A stretch of 37,027 nucleotides of DNA, taken from Bdellovibrionales bacterium. Lineage in GTDB: Bacteria; Bdellovibrionota; Bdellovibrionia; Bdellovibrionales; JAGQZY01. Location of the stretch: NCBI GenBank assembly GCA_041736775.1, contig JBGSSY010000232.1, forward strand, positions 1-37,027. Reading direction: 5' to 3'. Position numbers and translations under genes: made by a program. This document shows positions 1-8,848 of this stretch, piece after piece; the first letter of the stretch is position 1; the number at the start of each line of letters is the position of its first letter. The notes under the pieces were generated by a model. The model searched no databases, was not told the DNA's origin, and was given only the letters and a program-made list of their open reading frames with translations.

Positions 1-189
1 TTTGTAAAGCTCCTCGATAGCTGGTCTGCCAAGATGGCTATACTTAAGGCTGGTATCCTCGTGGCTCAAATTTAAATCAATATCCGTTTTTTCGGCACCC
101 AACTCACTAAAAAGATCTTGTCGAAATCGCCTGATTTGAGCATTCATTTTATCGGGTATGCTCATAAAATCTAATTCAGGTTGAATCAT
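1..189 (-). CDS. hypothetical protein, N-terminal 63 codons only (continues past the left edge)
   Basis: Not in the ORF track. ATG at 189-187 is preceded by AAGGTGA. The frame is open to position 1 (MIQPELDFMSIPDKMNAQIRRFRQDLFSELGAEK...). No motif recognised. Confidence 0.4.
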   Translation of the reverse strand, partial: MIQPELDFMSIPDKMNAQIRRFRQDLFSELGAEKTDIDLNLSHEDTSLKYSHLGRPAIEELYK

Positions 190-235
190 CTTTCACCTTT
201 TTGAAATTCGATGGCTTATGGTAAACTAGCATCCT

Positions 236-1018
236 ATGAATTTCACTCACCACCAAAACATATGTTTTACACCTTTTGATCTCCCCCGGATAGAGCTTCC
301 TCCTGGTGCAACCATAGAATTTTTAAAACGTTATGGTTTTTCTTCGCAAGTGATGGAAAACCACAAGCTACACCAATACGAAGAGGAGGCGGGTACTGTT
401 GGGCAATGGAAAATGCAATTTTCAATGCGCAGGGTCTCAACCCCTGATTATTATAACCGTGAGAGAAATCCCAATGCCTTCGTCAAAGATAGTTTAGACA
501 CCTTCAAGGATGCGCTTAATCCTCATTTGCCTTGGGAGTGGCGACCGGAGGCTCGACAATTTTTTCCAGAGGTTATCGCTTATGTGGAGGAGTTCCTTCC
601 CTTTCGGAAAATTACCGATGTTGCCCTGGTGAGAAGCGACAACAATTTATTCCCCCATAAGGATCAGTACTATCCATCTATTGCCGAAGAAACCCGCAAA
701 GAATGGGAGTCCGAACATCAAAATGGGGAACCCGCTCATTATAGAATTATTTTCGACGGCAAAATTGACGGTAGCACTTTTGTCACAAAGCGCTTTAGTC
801 AAAGCAGTCCGAAGATTTTCTGTAAAATGCCTGAGGAGACAAATTCTTTTGGTCTTGGTGCTACGAACTGTTTCCACGGATCAACCCTTGGGGATCAGAA
901 AACTTTACTCTGTGTTTTCGGTTTTTTGGATCTCAAAAAGCAGGCCGAGTTGGTCGAACGAAGTATAAATCGCTTCAAGAGCTATGTTATACGAACAGAA
1001 GATCTCCGTGAGCTCTAA
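236..1018 (+). CDS. hypothetical protein (possible HxD...H metal-binding oxygenase-like protein, speculative)
   Basis: 260-aa ORF with protein-like composition. PHKD and a later CFHGS could form an HxD...H triad, but this is weak. Confidence 0.5.
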   Translation: MNFTHHQNICFTPFDLPRIELPPGATIEFLKRYGFSSQVMENHKLHQYEEEAGTVGQWKMQFSMRRVSTPDYYNRERNPNAFVKDSLDTFKDALNPHLPWEWRPEARQFFPEVIAYVEEFLPFRKITDVALVRSDNNLFPHKDQYYPSIAEETRKEWESEHQNGEPAHYRIIFDGKIDGSTFVTKRFSQSSPKIFCKMPEETNSFGLGATNCFHGSTLGDQKTLLCVFGFLDLKKQAELVERSINRFKSYVIRTEDLREL

Positions 1019-1025
1019 TTTTCAA

Positions 1026-2090
1026 ATGAGGGACATGCTCTGCAAAATGAGTCTGGTCGCGGTTATTGCACTTGTCTCAAGTCCCAGTTTTTCTAAAAGT
1101 CAAAATGATTTGTTCCGAAAAAATATTTCTTCGCTTTATTTGTCGGACAAAAGAGAAATGGCTTATGATATTCTGACAAAAAGAATACTTATTGAAAATG
1201 TTAAAACCGTATCCAATTGCCAATACAAAGGAGAGCTGCTTAAGCTTGCTGTCAGCTGGTCCTATAACCTTCAAAAGTCAGAGTCTGACCTCAGTCAACT
1301 TCTCGTTAAGGTCCCCCATCCCCAATGCCAGAAAGCCAGTTCGACTCGAGAGTTAAATAGTAATTTGGATTTGAGTATTACTCTCTCTGACCTTGGCTAT
1401 CACAGACTGGCGTCAAAGGTTCTTAACTCGGCTGAAGCCCTTCTCGCTGAACGAGGACAGAATCAGGATACTTTAGTTGTTGATTTTTTACACACAAAGG
1501 CTCGAGTTGAAAGAAACCGATTTGATTTTAAGGCCGCATTAAGCACCCTTGGTAAGATTGAGCAACAGGGTAACCTCAGTCGCGCTCAATCCCTTGCACT
1601 TTTGATTGAGCAAGCTCAAAATTATGCCTTTCTTAGAGACCAAGACAACTATAAAGCCGTATCCAACAAGTTAGTCAGCGAGAAAAATATTAACGGAATG
1701 CTTTCGGAATTTGTACTTGTCAATAGACTGACTGCAGACCGTCTTGGCCTGAGTGCAGGTTCCTTATCAGATCCTTCAGTGGATTTACTCCAATCCTATG
1801 AAAAGAAATCAAGTTTGGAATTTTTGCATCACTTTATTCTTTCTGAGCTCTGTTTGTTTTTTAAACGCAATTCGATGGACGATCGATTAATAAGCTGTGT
1901 GAAGCAATTCGATAAGATAAAAGAGACTGATGGATTGACTGAAGGAGATTACTTGAAAATTAGGAATTACTTTAAAAGCCTATCGATCAACCCCTCAGCT
2001 CAACTCCCTGACCCTGGCCCATTGGAGTTCCTAACCTTTCTTTTGCGCTCAATACAACCGACTGCCAAAAAGGCTCCCTCTAAAAATTAA
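1026..2090 (+). CDS. hypothetical secreted protein, probably helical-repeat
   Basis: The ORF track gives 984-2090. ATG at 1026 (MRDMLCKMSLVAVIALVSSPSFSKS) gives a signal-peptide-like N-terminus and avoids overlap with the upstream gene. Confidence 0.5.
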   Translation: MRDMLCKMSLVAVIALVSSPSFSKSQNDLFRKNISSLYLSDKREMAYDILTKRILIENVKTVSNCQYKGELLKLAVSWSYNLQKSESDLSQLLVKVPHPQCQKASSTRELNSNLDLSITLSDLGYHRLASKVLNSAEALLAERGQNQDTLVVDFLHTKARVERNRFDFKAALSTLGKIEQQGNLSRAQSLALLIEQAQNYAFLRDQDNYKAVSNKLVSEKNINGMLSEFVLVNRLTADRLGLSAGSLSDPSVDLLQSYEKKSSLEFLHHFILSELCLFFKRNSMDDRLISCVKQFDKIKETDGLTEGDYLKIRNYFKSLSINPSAQLPDPGPLEFLTFLLRSIQPTAKKAPSKN

Positions 2091-2173
2091 TCGGCTGGAA
2101 GTGCTCAGTGAACATTTTTTTTGGGAGAGGGGCTACTCCTGTCAGCGAGTGACTTCAATGAACTCAATCTATT

Positions 2174-2908
2174 TTAATGACGATTCTTTTTTAGAAAGGC
2201 GTCAATAGCCAAAGCCGTTAAATCAAATTTGCTAAAGCGATAGTCGCCAGGGGAATCATGGTGGTAGCCATGCCATCCTTCTCCGAAGGTTAAGGCTTCT
2301 GTGATCCAACTATTTTTAGCCTCGCCGCTGAGGTGAGGGAGAATCGCAATGATATAGCCCGAAAAAAGGCACATGAGATTGGGCAAAGCGTAGATGAAAA
2401 CGAGAGCCCAAGGGCTAACCAGAGCCAGCGTCACAAAGAGTAAAAAATGATACTTAAAATAGTTTTTATGCCACCCAATCAAGGCAGGATCTTTGAGAAG
2501 ATCGCTAATCATTCTGCGCGGAATCGAGACATCCCAAACGCCAAAGAGAATGTGTCCTATTCCGTTTTTTGTCGGCGAATGTAAGTCGTTAGCAGTATCA
2601 GAGTACTGATGGTGCCAACGGTGATGACCGGCCCACCCAAGCACACTACCGACGCCGATGTGATGAGCTAACCACGTGAGCACAATCTTTTTTTTCGAGC
2701 CCATTTCAAATGCTCTATGGCCGTAATAACGATGAAGGGTGGCATTTCCCACAAAAATCTCAAGAAAGACGTAGATACCAAGACTGATGAGGATCGAACT
2801 CATTCCATACCAAGTGATGCCCACAAGTGATGTGAGCAAAAAAAGTCCCTGCAATATCCGAATTCTATATTTGTTCATTTTTCCGCCCCAATACTTGTGC
2901 CACCCCAT
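2174..2908 (-). CDS. membrane fatty-acid (acyl-CoA/acyl-lipid delta-9-type) desaturase
   Basis: Three histidine boxes in the canonical order: HRYYGH, HHRWHH followed by SD, and GEGWHGYHH. Several hydrophobic segments. The internal ATG at 2878 (MNKYRI, preceded by GGCGGA) may be the true start. Confidence 0.75.
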   Translation of the reverse strand: MGWHKYWGGKMNKYRIRILQGLFLLTSLVGITWYGMSSILISLGIYVFLEIFVGNATLHRYYGHRAFEMGSKKKIVLTWLAHHIGVGSVLGWAGHHRWHHQYSDTANDLHSPTKNGIGHILFGVWDVSIPRRMISDLLKDPALIGWHKNYFKYHFLLFVTLALVSPWALVFIYALPNLMCLFSGYIIAILPHLSGEAKNSWITEALTFGEGWHGYHHDSPGDYRFSKFDLTALAIDAFLKKNRH

Positions 2909-3099
2909 TTGTAGCCTGGCAAGCTTGGGATTTTTCTGCTGAGTTTAGACTCTTCTAACGTTTAATGTTGGCGAGACTTTACAAAGAGTTGAAGCTCAGT
3001 GGGATTTTCTTGAGATTTTTAGGGGTGGTGGGGGATTTTATTTGAAATTAGAAAATGGTTGATAGTGGAAGATGGAAAATGGAGGATTTTTTGCTTTGC

Positions 3100-3114
3100 A
3101 AAAAATTGGTCGGG
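3100..3114. repeat. distal att direct repeat (copy of the tRNA-Pro 3' end plus downstream A/T run)
   Basis: Exact 15-nt match to 34027-34041. It lies 96 bp from the end of the integrase gene. Confidence 0.55.
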
Positions 3115-3158
3115 TGTTCCAACCAGATGAAAAACCCAAATATTACCAATACTTTAAA

Positions 3159-3196
3159 ATGTAGCAGAAGCAATTTGCAGCTTCAACTACATTTTT
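3159..3196 (-). terminator. hairpin downstream of the integrase gene (possible bidirectional terminator)
   Basis: ATGTAGCAGAAGC (3159-3171) pairs with GCTTCAACTACAT (3180-3192): a 13-bp stem with a 2-nt internal mismatch and an 8-nt loop. T/A runs flank both sides. Confidence 0.4.
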
Positions 3197-3209
3197 AGTG
3201 GTTTGGTGT

Positions 3210-4310
3210 CTAACCTTTGATTTTTAAAGGGATAACTTGTCCTGAAATGTCCTGTGGGACACCATAGCCTAACTTGTCTGTAGCCCCTTGAACATCAATC
3301 CCAGCTTTTCTGAGGTATACATTCGTGGTTTTAATCTGGCTGTGGCCAACTATAGACATCACTCGGGCTAGCGTTTCGCCCCGGGTCAGTAAGTTTGTGA
3401 TAAATGTAGCCCTCAAATCGTGGAATTTAATCGACGTGATTTGGATAGCCTCACAAAACTCTCTGGTGACTTCGGCTTGAGCCCCTTGGGTCCATTCAGG
3501 TAATTGCGGAAGCACAAATTCACTTCCGTCATTTTTAAGTTTCAGTTCCTTTAAAAACTTAGACAAATCCTCTGCAATAGGAACAACCCTACTGCGTTGG
3601 GTTTTAGTAGGTCCAAAACCATTCTTACTCGTCCACTGTCTTTTTACAGTAATGATCCCAACGTCAAGATCTACGTCAGACCATTTGAGCGCATACATTT
3701 CGCCCGATCTCATTCCAGTTAAAAGGGCCATAACCCATATTGGATAAAATCGGTGATTGTAGGCTTTGGCTTCTTTTAGGAAAATTTCAACTTCACTGTT
3801 CGTTAAAACTTTTTGATCAGTTTCAGGAACTGTGACTTTGACTCCTATCGAAGGATTTCTTGCAAGAATTCCTTCTTCGACAGCCATCTGTAAAATTCTT
3901 TTTATGAACTTTAGAATTGTTTTCTTAGACCACGGGGAAAGTTCAGGATTTAAAGATTCATAAACTAGCGCGTAAACATCAGCTTTTGAAATATCTGTTA
4001 AATCTTTATCTTTCCACGATGGTGTGACCCACTTACCTAGTGTCCTTGAGTAGTTTTCAACCGTAGACGGTCTGTGTACAAGCTTCATCCGTTCTAGACA
4101 GACAGGAAGCCATTCACCCCATCGAGGTGGTATGGCTGTGTCTTTGATCATTCTAAGTTCGCGTTTTAGTTCGAACTCAAACTTCTCAGCCGCTCGACGA
4201 GTTTCAAAACCCCTTCGTCGTCTTTGCAGACGATTTCCTAGCGCATCTGTTCCGCTGACTTGTACTTCCCATAGTCGTTTTTCGTTTAGTGTATAAGGTC
4301 TGATTGCCAT
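3210..4310 (-). CDS. tyrosine site-specific recombinase (phage-type integrase)
   Basis: C-terminal catalytic signature: LLTGMRSGE (Arg I), HDLRATF (HxxR), GHSQIKTTNVYLR (His...Tyr). GGAG RBS. The stop of the upstream xis-like gene lies 1 nt before the start. Confidence 0.9.
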   Translation of the reverse strand: MAIRPYTLNEKRLWEVQVSGTDALGNRLQRRRRGFETRRAAEKFEFELKRELRMIKDTAIPPRWGEWLPVCLERMKLVHRPSTVENYSRTLGKWVTPSWKDKDLTDISKADVYALVYESLNPELSPWSKKTILKFIKRILQMAVEEGILARNPSIGVKVTVPETDQKVLTNSEVEIFLKEAKAYNHRFYPIWVMALLTGMRSGEMYALKWSDVDLDVGIITVKRQWTSKNGFGPTKTQRSRVVPIAEDLSKFLKELKLKNDGSEFVLPQLPEWTQGAQAEVTREFCEAIQITSIKFHDLRATFITNLLTRGETLARVMSIVGHSQIKTTNVYLRKAGIDVQGATDKLGYGVPQDISGQVIPLKIKG

Positions 4311-4311
4311 T

Positions 4312-4539
4312 TTAAGCTCCTTTTTTTATGAAGAGAGCTTTGCAGTCATGCATTCTAAATCTTAGACGTCTACCAAACTTATAGGCTTTGATTTGTTCTC
4401 GATAAACCATAATCCTAAGTGCATTAGTAGAGATCGACAAAAAACGAGCTGCTTCCTCTGTGGAAAGCCACTCATGCTCCGATATTCTTTTGTCAAAGAG
4501 CCATAATTCTTCCGATTCCGGAAGCTTATAAGTACTCAT
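4312..4539 (-). CDS. excisionase-family helix-turn-helix DNA-binding protein
   Basis: 75 aa, LSTEEAARFLSISTNALRIMVYREQIKAYKFGRRLRF resembles the excisionase/MerR-type HTH. AGGAG RBS. Positioned directly upstream of the integrase gene. Confidence 0.75.
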   Translation of the reverse strand: MSTYKLPESEELWLFDKRISEHEWLSTEEAARFLSISTNALRIMVYREQIKAYKFGRRLRFRMHDCKALFIKKGA

Positions 4540-4634
4540 GTTATACTCCTAGTGAAGGCCCCATTCAAGGGCAAGATTGATCTTTAGAGGTGCCTAAGGT
4601 TCTAAAATCATTAGGCTTCATATCTAAAATTTAG

Positions 4635-5006
4635 TTAGCTTGCCTTTTTCGATCTTCTACTCATTTTTAGATGTGATTTTAAAGCCAACGCGATTTCCTG
4701 GGGTAGATCCTGAACGCCGTTTTTATGATTTTTTAAAAGGTTGTTTAGTGCCTTCGTTTCATCAAAATTAGAATCAAGAATTTCATTTGCTTCAGAAGTT
4801 GAAATCTTCTTTTCTATGCGTTCAAGTAGCCAATTTGCTACGTCCGATTTTGTGATGTTAGAAAACGAGACCTCATCGCTTATCTTGTTTGTAAACGCCT
4901 CTAATGCCGTATTTGCACTTTTTTTTAAGATCACTCGATATTGTTCTTCTCGTTTTCTTTTGTTATTTTGTATTTCTTTTTTTTGTTCTACTTCTTTATT
5001 TTCCAT
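4635..5006 (-). CDS. hypothetical charged protein (possible relaxosome or DNA-binding accessory, speculative)
   Basis: 123-aa K/E-rich ORF with an ATG start. Located next to the candidate oriT palindrome. Confidence 0.4.
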   Translation of the reverse strand: MENKEVEQKKEIQNNKRKREEQYRVILKKSANTALEAFTNKISDEVSFSNITKSDVANWLLERIEKKISTSEANEILDSNFDETKALNNLLKNHKNGVQDLPQEIALALKSHLKMSRRSKKAS

Positions 5007-5031
5007 TTTATTTCCTTTAATAATTTTATTA

Positions 5032-5143
5032 CCCCCGCCGCCGATTTTTGTATTCTTTCAGGTTGGAGACCACTTTCCCGTAACATCGTGGAGGGGGAGT
5101 GGTCTCCAACCGATCAGAAAGGATTCAAAAGAGGCGGCGCGGG
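5032..5143. repeat. long imperfect palindrome with a 13-bp perfect core; candidate oriT or structured RNA
   Basis: GGTTGGAGACCAC (5061-5073) pairs with GTGGTCTCCAACC (5099-5111) around a 25-nt loop. Outer imperfect pairing includes TTCTTTC/GAAAGGA and the GC-rich ends CCCCCGCCGCCG (5032-5043) and GGCGGCGCGGG (5133-5143). Confidence 0.5.
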
Positions 5144-5234
5144 TAAGGTGTTGATTAGATTATTTAATTCCACTTGTTTTTTAGAATTAATAATTTTAGT
5201 TATCCGAACCTATGTTCGGTTTTCGTTCGGATAA

Positions 5235-5882
5235 CTAGCTTGCTTCAATCATTGTAAATCGGAGGGGTCTAAGCTTCGAGGGATACTGAATCTGTCGAGC
5301 TGTTTTCATAATCTGGTTTTTAATGTTCAGCGTATTAGTCAGGTAGTAAACCTCATCAATCAATGCCATCGAAGCATAGGACTCAAGAGCTTGACGGTAT
5401 CGTTTGGGGTTCTTCTTACTCAATTCAAGTTCTATGGCATATTTAAAAGATTCGTTTCTAACAATTGCATCTGGCATTTTATCGGTATGCTTTAAACCAA
5501 AAGAGTCTGGGTTTCTTTTTAGTTCGGGTTCAAAAAAGTAACTTGTTATCTTCTTATCTCGGTAAAGCCTCAGAACGAAATCAACAACCATTTCGTCATG
5601 ATTCAGTTGGTACGCATAGGGTGGGGGAGTGAAGTCAAACCCTACAAGCTTTTGGACTAAATCAGATTTACGATTTAAGACAACAATAGAGCCGTCTTTA
5701 TGTTTGCCGTATGGTTTAAAAATTCCACGATTTAAATACCCAAGCCATGTTTCATAAGCCCAACTCCTACACTTATTGTTAAAGTATTTGTGCCAAATAC
5801 TTTTTGTTAGAAATCCGCATTTTGCTGCGAGCATGATTTCCTGAGTGGGAATTAGAAATGGCCTCATCAATCCACATCCCAT
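5235..5882 (-). CDS. replication-relaxation (Replic_Relax)-like protein; possible non-canonical relaxase or partner
   Basis: LNHDEMVVDFVLRL ... MPDAIVRNESFKYAIELELSKKNPKRYRQALESYA fits my recollection of the Replic_Relax pattern (H...PDa...E.E...Y). ATG at 5867 forms an ATGA overlap with the stop of the upstream lipoprotein gene and is the likelier start. Confidence 0.45.
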   Translation of the reverse strand: MGCGLMRPFLIPTQEIMLAAKCGFLTKSIWHKYFNNKCRSWAYETWLGYLNRGIFKPYGKHKDGSIVVLNRKSDLVQKLVGFDFTPPPYAYQLNHDEMVVDFVLRLYRDKKITSYFFEPELKRNPDSFGLKHTDKMPDAIVRNESFKYAIELELSKKNPKRYRQALESYASMALIDEVYYLTNTLNIKNQIMKTARQIQYPSKLRPLRFTMIEAS

Positions 5883-6313
5883 CTCGTCGGCTCCGCGATG
5901 ATGTATTCAAAATGTCCCTCAACATATTTATTACCTACGGCTCGGCCTTCAATCCAACGCGTTTCGACTCTTGGGTCACTTAGGTTTGGAGGGAGTCCTT
6001 GAGACAAGTTCGACTTTAAACTTTTCCCAGCAAGAAATCCCTTTTTTCTTTCTTCCTCTTTCATCCCGTGGATAGTAGACCCGAGTGCCATACCCGTAAG
6101 GCCACCAAGGGTTGCGCCAATGACGACATTCCGAGTTCTATATTTTCCTCCAGCACCCGTGTCAGCAATCCCTCCAAGGACTGCCCCAGTGCCTGCGCCA
6201 ATTCCGCCACCTAAGCCAATAGACTTACCAAGGCTTGAGCAGCCAGAAGTTATTAAGCAAAGTGGTAGTGCTATTGAGATCAGATAATTTCTTAAGTAAG
6301 TTTTTAGATACAT
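5867..6313 (-). CDS. glycine-zipper outer-membrane lipoprotein (T4SS-associated)
   Basis: Lipobox LITSGC followed by a Gly-zipper stretch GLGGGIGAGTGAVLGGIADTGAGG. Overlaps both neighbouring genes. Confidence 0.6.
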   Translation of the reverse strand: MYLKTYLRNYLISIALPLCLITSGCSSLGKSIGLGGGIGAGTGAVLGGIADTGAGGKYRTRNVVIGATLGGLTGMALGSTIHGMKEEERKKGFLAGKSLKSNLSQGLPPNLSDPRVETRWIEGRAVGNKYVEGHFEYIIAEPTRWDVD

Positions 6314-7923
6314 AGTTGCTCCATATTTTCTAATAATGGTTTTACGTTTGTTTTCTTTTCCTCGGTTGGGATATTTCGAATTTCAGATGGGTAGGATTTG
6401 TGTCCCACAATAACCTTTTTAGTCGTGATGTCGGGAAACATTTCAAATTTTATATCAACAGCCTTCGCGCCTGTACTTAATGGGATAATCATAATAGCTT
6501 CTCCTGTGCCGAGCTCGTTTTTGAATTTGTTCGGATGAATAATAAACTCATCGACTTCTCGGGCTGATTTTTCTCCAGTGTTTTTGTCCTGAAAAAATGC
6601 TTGAGTTCTCCTTTCGGTTAACTTAGTTGTTTTTCTAGTACCTATGACTCTCGAAAAATATTCAGCGGATTCAGGGTCGTTGCCCCTCATAAATATTTTT
6701 AAGTTAGAGTTTGTTAAAATAGAATTAGCAATGGAGTCTCCAATGGCTTTGATGTCACCTAACGCTTGGTGAGCGAAAACAATCCCTACGTTTGCACTTC
6801 TTGATTTATTCAAAATAGAAACAAATCCAGGGTAAAGATATTCGGTGAAATCATCTAAAAAGATAGAAAAGAACTTTGGCTTTCTATCCATTCCCCTATG
6901 ACGATTTGCCACAGCGTTTTGAATATTCTGAAGAATCATTTTTCCTGTGGCTGTTCCTAGGAATGGGCTAAGTAGGACGGGCAGCTGAAAATAAATAATT
7001 TTATTTTCTTTCAACGCTCGATCAATATCAATTGATGGATTGGTTGAATTAAACAGTGCTGCTGTATTCCCATTTGAGAAATGACTGATTGAGGCTTTAA
7101 GGCCGCTGATTCTTTGCTCTCGATCTGAGGGCGTCAAAGAGAGAAATTCCAGAGACCATTGGTTAAGCTCTGTGCTTTCAATCTTTTGACTTAATGATCT
7201 TAAATAGTTTTTGTCGGTCAGTGCTAGATGCAGTCGTTTAAATGTAAGACCCTCTTTGGCTTCAAAAAATAGTCTTATTAAATTAGAGAACACTTCAAAC
7301 TGAATATTCTTATAGTAGCTATTATCAAATTCAAACGCACTAAAGACTCTTTCAATGACTTCCTCGGCAGTGTTACCAATAAGTGGGTTATATTGCGACG
7401 ACTCTTCAAGATTACCTAATGAGAATAAATTGAAGTCTTTTTCTCGACCATACTTACAAGTGTAGCTCCATAATTTATTTAGAAGTCCTCGATCCGATTT
7501 CCCATCAATAATAATAAGCCCGTTACCTTTTTGAATATCCTGAATTGCCCAAGGCAAAATGACTGACTCAGTTTTTCCCGCATTGGTGGTACCTAGAACT
7601 TGTGTGTGCATAGTTCTTTGAGCCTCGGTCACATAAACAGGTTTTCTAGTTTCTTTTTCAAAGCCACAAAAAGATGAGTTGGGCTTTTTCTCATACACTT
7701 GGCCTTCAAGATTTAAGCGATCTCTTCGTCTATCTATCCACCTAAAAAAATAAATGCTGCTGAGGTAGATTATTGAAAAGACGAGAATGGCGATTAAAGC
7801 TTGTGTCTCTTTTTTGTTTAAGAACTCAATTAAAAATTCTGACTTGTTATGAAGCCATATCAGTCCAAAGCCAAAAACGGTCATAAAAAGCATACTAAGT
7901 GTATTGTCGTGATCATTGCCCAT
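6304..7923 (-). CDS. type IV secretion coupling protein (VirD4/TraD/TraG family ATPase)
   Basis: N-terminal TM segments, Walker A GTTNAGKTES, Walker B-like FFSIFLDDF. AGGAG RBS. Sits at the end of the T4SS operon. Confidence 0.8.
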   Translation of the reverse strand: MGNDHDNTLSMLFMTVFGFGLIWLHNKSEFLIEFLNKKETQALIAILVFSIIYLSSIYFFRWIDRRRDRLNLEGQVYEKKPNSSFCGFEKETRKPVYVTEAQRTMHTQVLGTTNAGKTESVILPWAIQDIQKGNGLIIIDGKSDRGLLNKLWSYTCKYGREKDFNLFSLGNLEESSQYNPLIGNTAEEVIERVFSAFEFDNSYYKNIQFEVFSNLIRLFFEAKEGLTFKRLHLALTDKNYLRSLSQKIESTELNQWSLEFLSLTPSDREQRISGLKASISHFSNGNTAALFNSTNPSIDIDRALKENKIIYFQLPVLLSPFLGTATGKMILQNIQNAVANRHRGMDRKPKFFSIFLDDFTEYLYPGFVSILNKSRSANVGIVFAHQALGDIKAIGDSIANSILTNSNLKIFMRGNDPESAEYFSRVIGTRKTTKLTERRTQAFFQDKNTGEKSAREVDEFIIHPNKFKNELGTGEAIMIIPLSTGAKAVDIKFEMFPDITTKKVIVGHKSYPSEIRNIPTEEKKTNVKPLLENMEQLCI

Positions 7924-8848
7924 AGCTTGCTCCTGGGTCTCGGAAGATGAAGGGTTGAGTAATGAGAGCGTTAAGAGCTGTGCCTTCCCTTATTGTGACC
8001 CACCTTACTTGCTCTTGAAGTTGACGAGCCCAATCTTCGCTCCGATCCCTTGCGGTTTCTGCTGCGGCATTTCTAAGACCATTCTCGTGGCCTCCTCGAT
8101 TTGCACCAAACGGACCTGTCTCTTGAGATCCAGCGGCATAGGCCCCGATAAGCTTAGTTAGGCCAAGTCCCAATGTATTTACACCGCTATTGCCGTTAAG
8201 TTCTCCTGCAACACCAATGCGTCCATCGGTCCCCATTGATGTTGCTTGAATCTTTTTTTCACTGCCGTCTTCGAATTGAACTTGTATCCACTCAATGCTG
8301 ACTCTGTTTCCGTTAGATGTACTCGCGTGACCAAAAAGAGATGAGCCTTTTGGAATTGCTAGATTTTCTTTGTAGTAAACGTCATTAGTAACCAATGCCA
8401 TAACTGGTATCTGCTGACCTTCTACCTTTATCGCAGCAGGGATTATGAGGGGAATGGTTGAACTCATCGGAAGAGTGTTCCCTGATTGCAGATCATTACG
8501 AGCAATAATCATCGAGCCCGTATTTTTTTCTTGGCTATTGGAGGATGAAGAAGCGTAAAGGTGATTTAAATTACTGGGTGCTTTCCTGTATTTTGAACCT
8601 CCAGAAAGTACATCAAGCGTTTCATTATTTATTTTTTCAACCTCATTTTCTTTTTCGACATAAGTTTGATGTCTTTCTTCTGCAAAGGATGCGCTGCTTT
8701 CGTCAGGAGTTGGCATTATTAGAAGAACAACGACTAAGCTCAATAGGCTTGCTACCGTTGCCCTTTTTATGACCTGCCAATTCAGATCTCTTTTATTTGT
8801 AAAAGGCAGAGGATCTTTTAAAAATATTTTTTTAATTCTATCTACCAT
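7913..8848 (-). CDS. VirB10/TrbI-like T4SS protein
   Basis: N-terminal TM segment, low-complexity linker, and a C-terminal beta-rich domain (IPVMALVTNDVYY...IPKGSSLFG...). Follows the VirB9-like gene as in trb operons. Confidence 0.6.
   Translation of the reverse strand: MVDRIKKIFLKDPLPFTNKRDLNWQVIKRATVASLLSLVVVLLIMPTPDESSASFAEERHQTYVEKENEVEKINNETLDVLSGGSKYRKAPSNLNHLYASSSSNSQEKNTGSMIIARNDLQSGNTLPMSSTIPLIIPAAIKVEGQQIPVMALVTNDVYYKENLAIPKGSSLFGHASTSNGNRVSIEWIQVQFEDGSEKKIQATSMGTDGRIGVAGELNGNSGVNTLGLGLTKLIGAYAAGSQETGPFGANRGGHENGLRNAAAETARDRSEDWARQLQEQVRWVTIREGTALNALITQPFIFRDPGASYGQ

Noticed and set aside
647-1274. ORFs 647-877 (-), 681-968 (+) and 1077-1274 (-)
   Set aside because: They are nested in or antisense to the 236-1018 and 1026-2090 ORFs, with no supporting signals.
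4741-5234. Plus-strand ORFs 4741-5154 (137 aa) and 4941-5234 (97 aa)
   Set aside because: They are F/S/L-rich, low-complexity translations antisense to the 123-aa gene and running through the palindrome. There is no RBS. They are better explained as non-coding structure.
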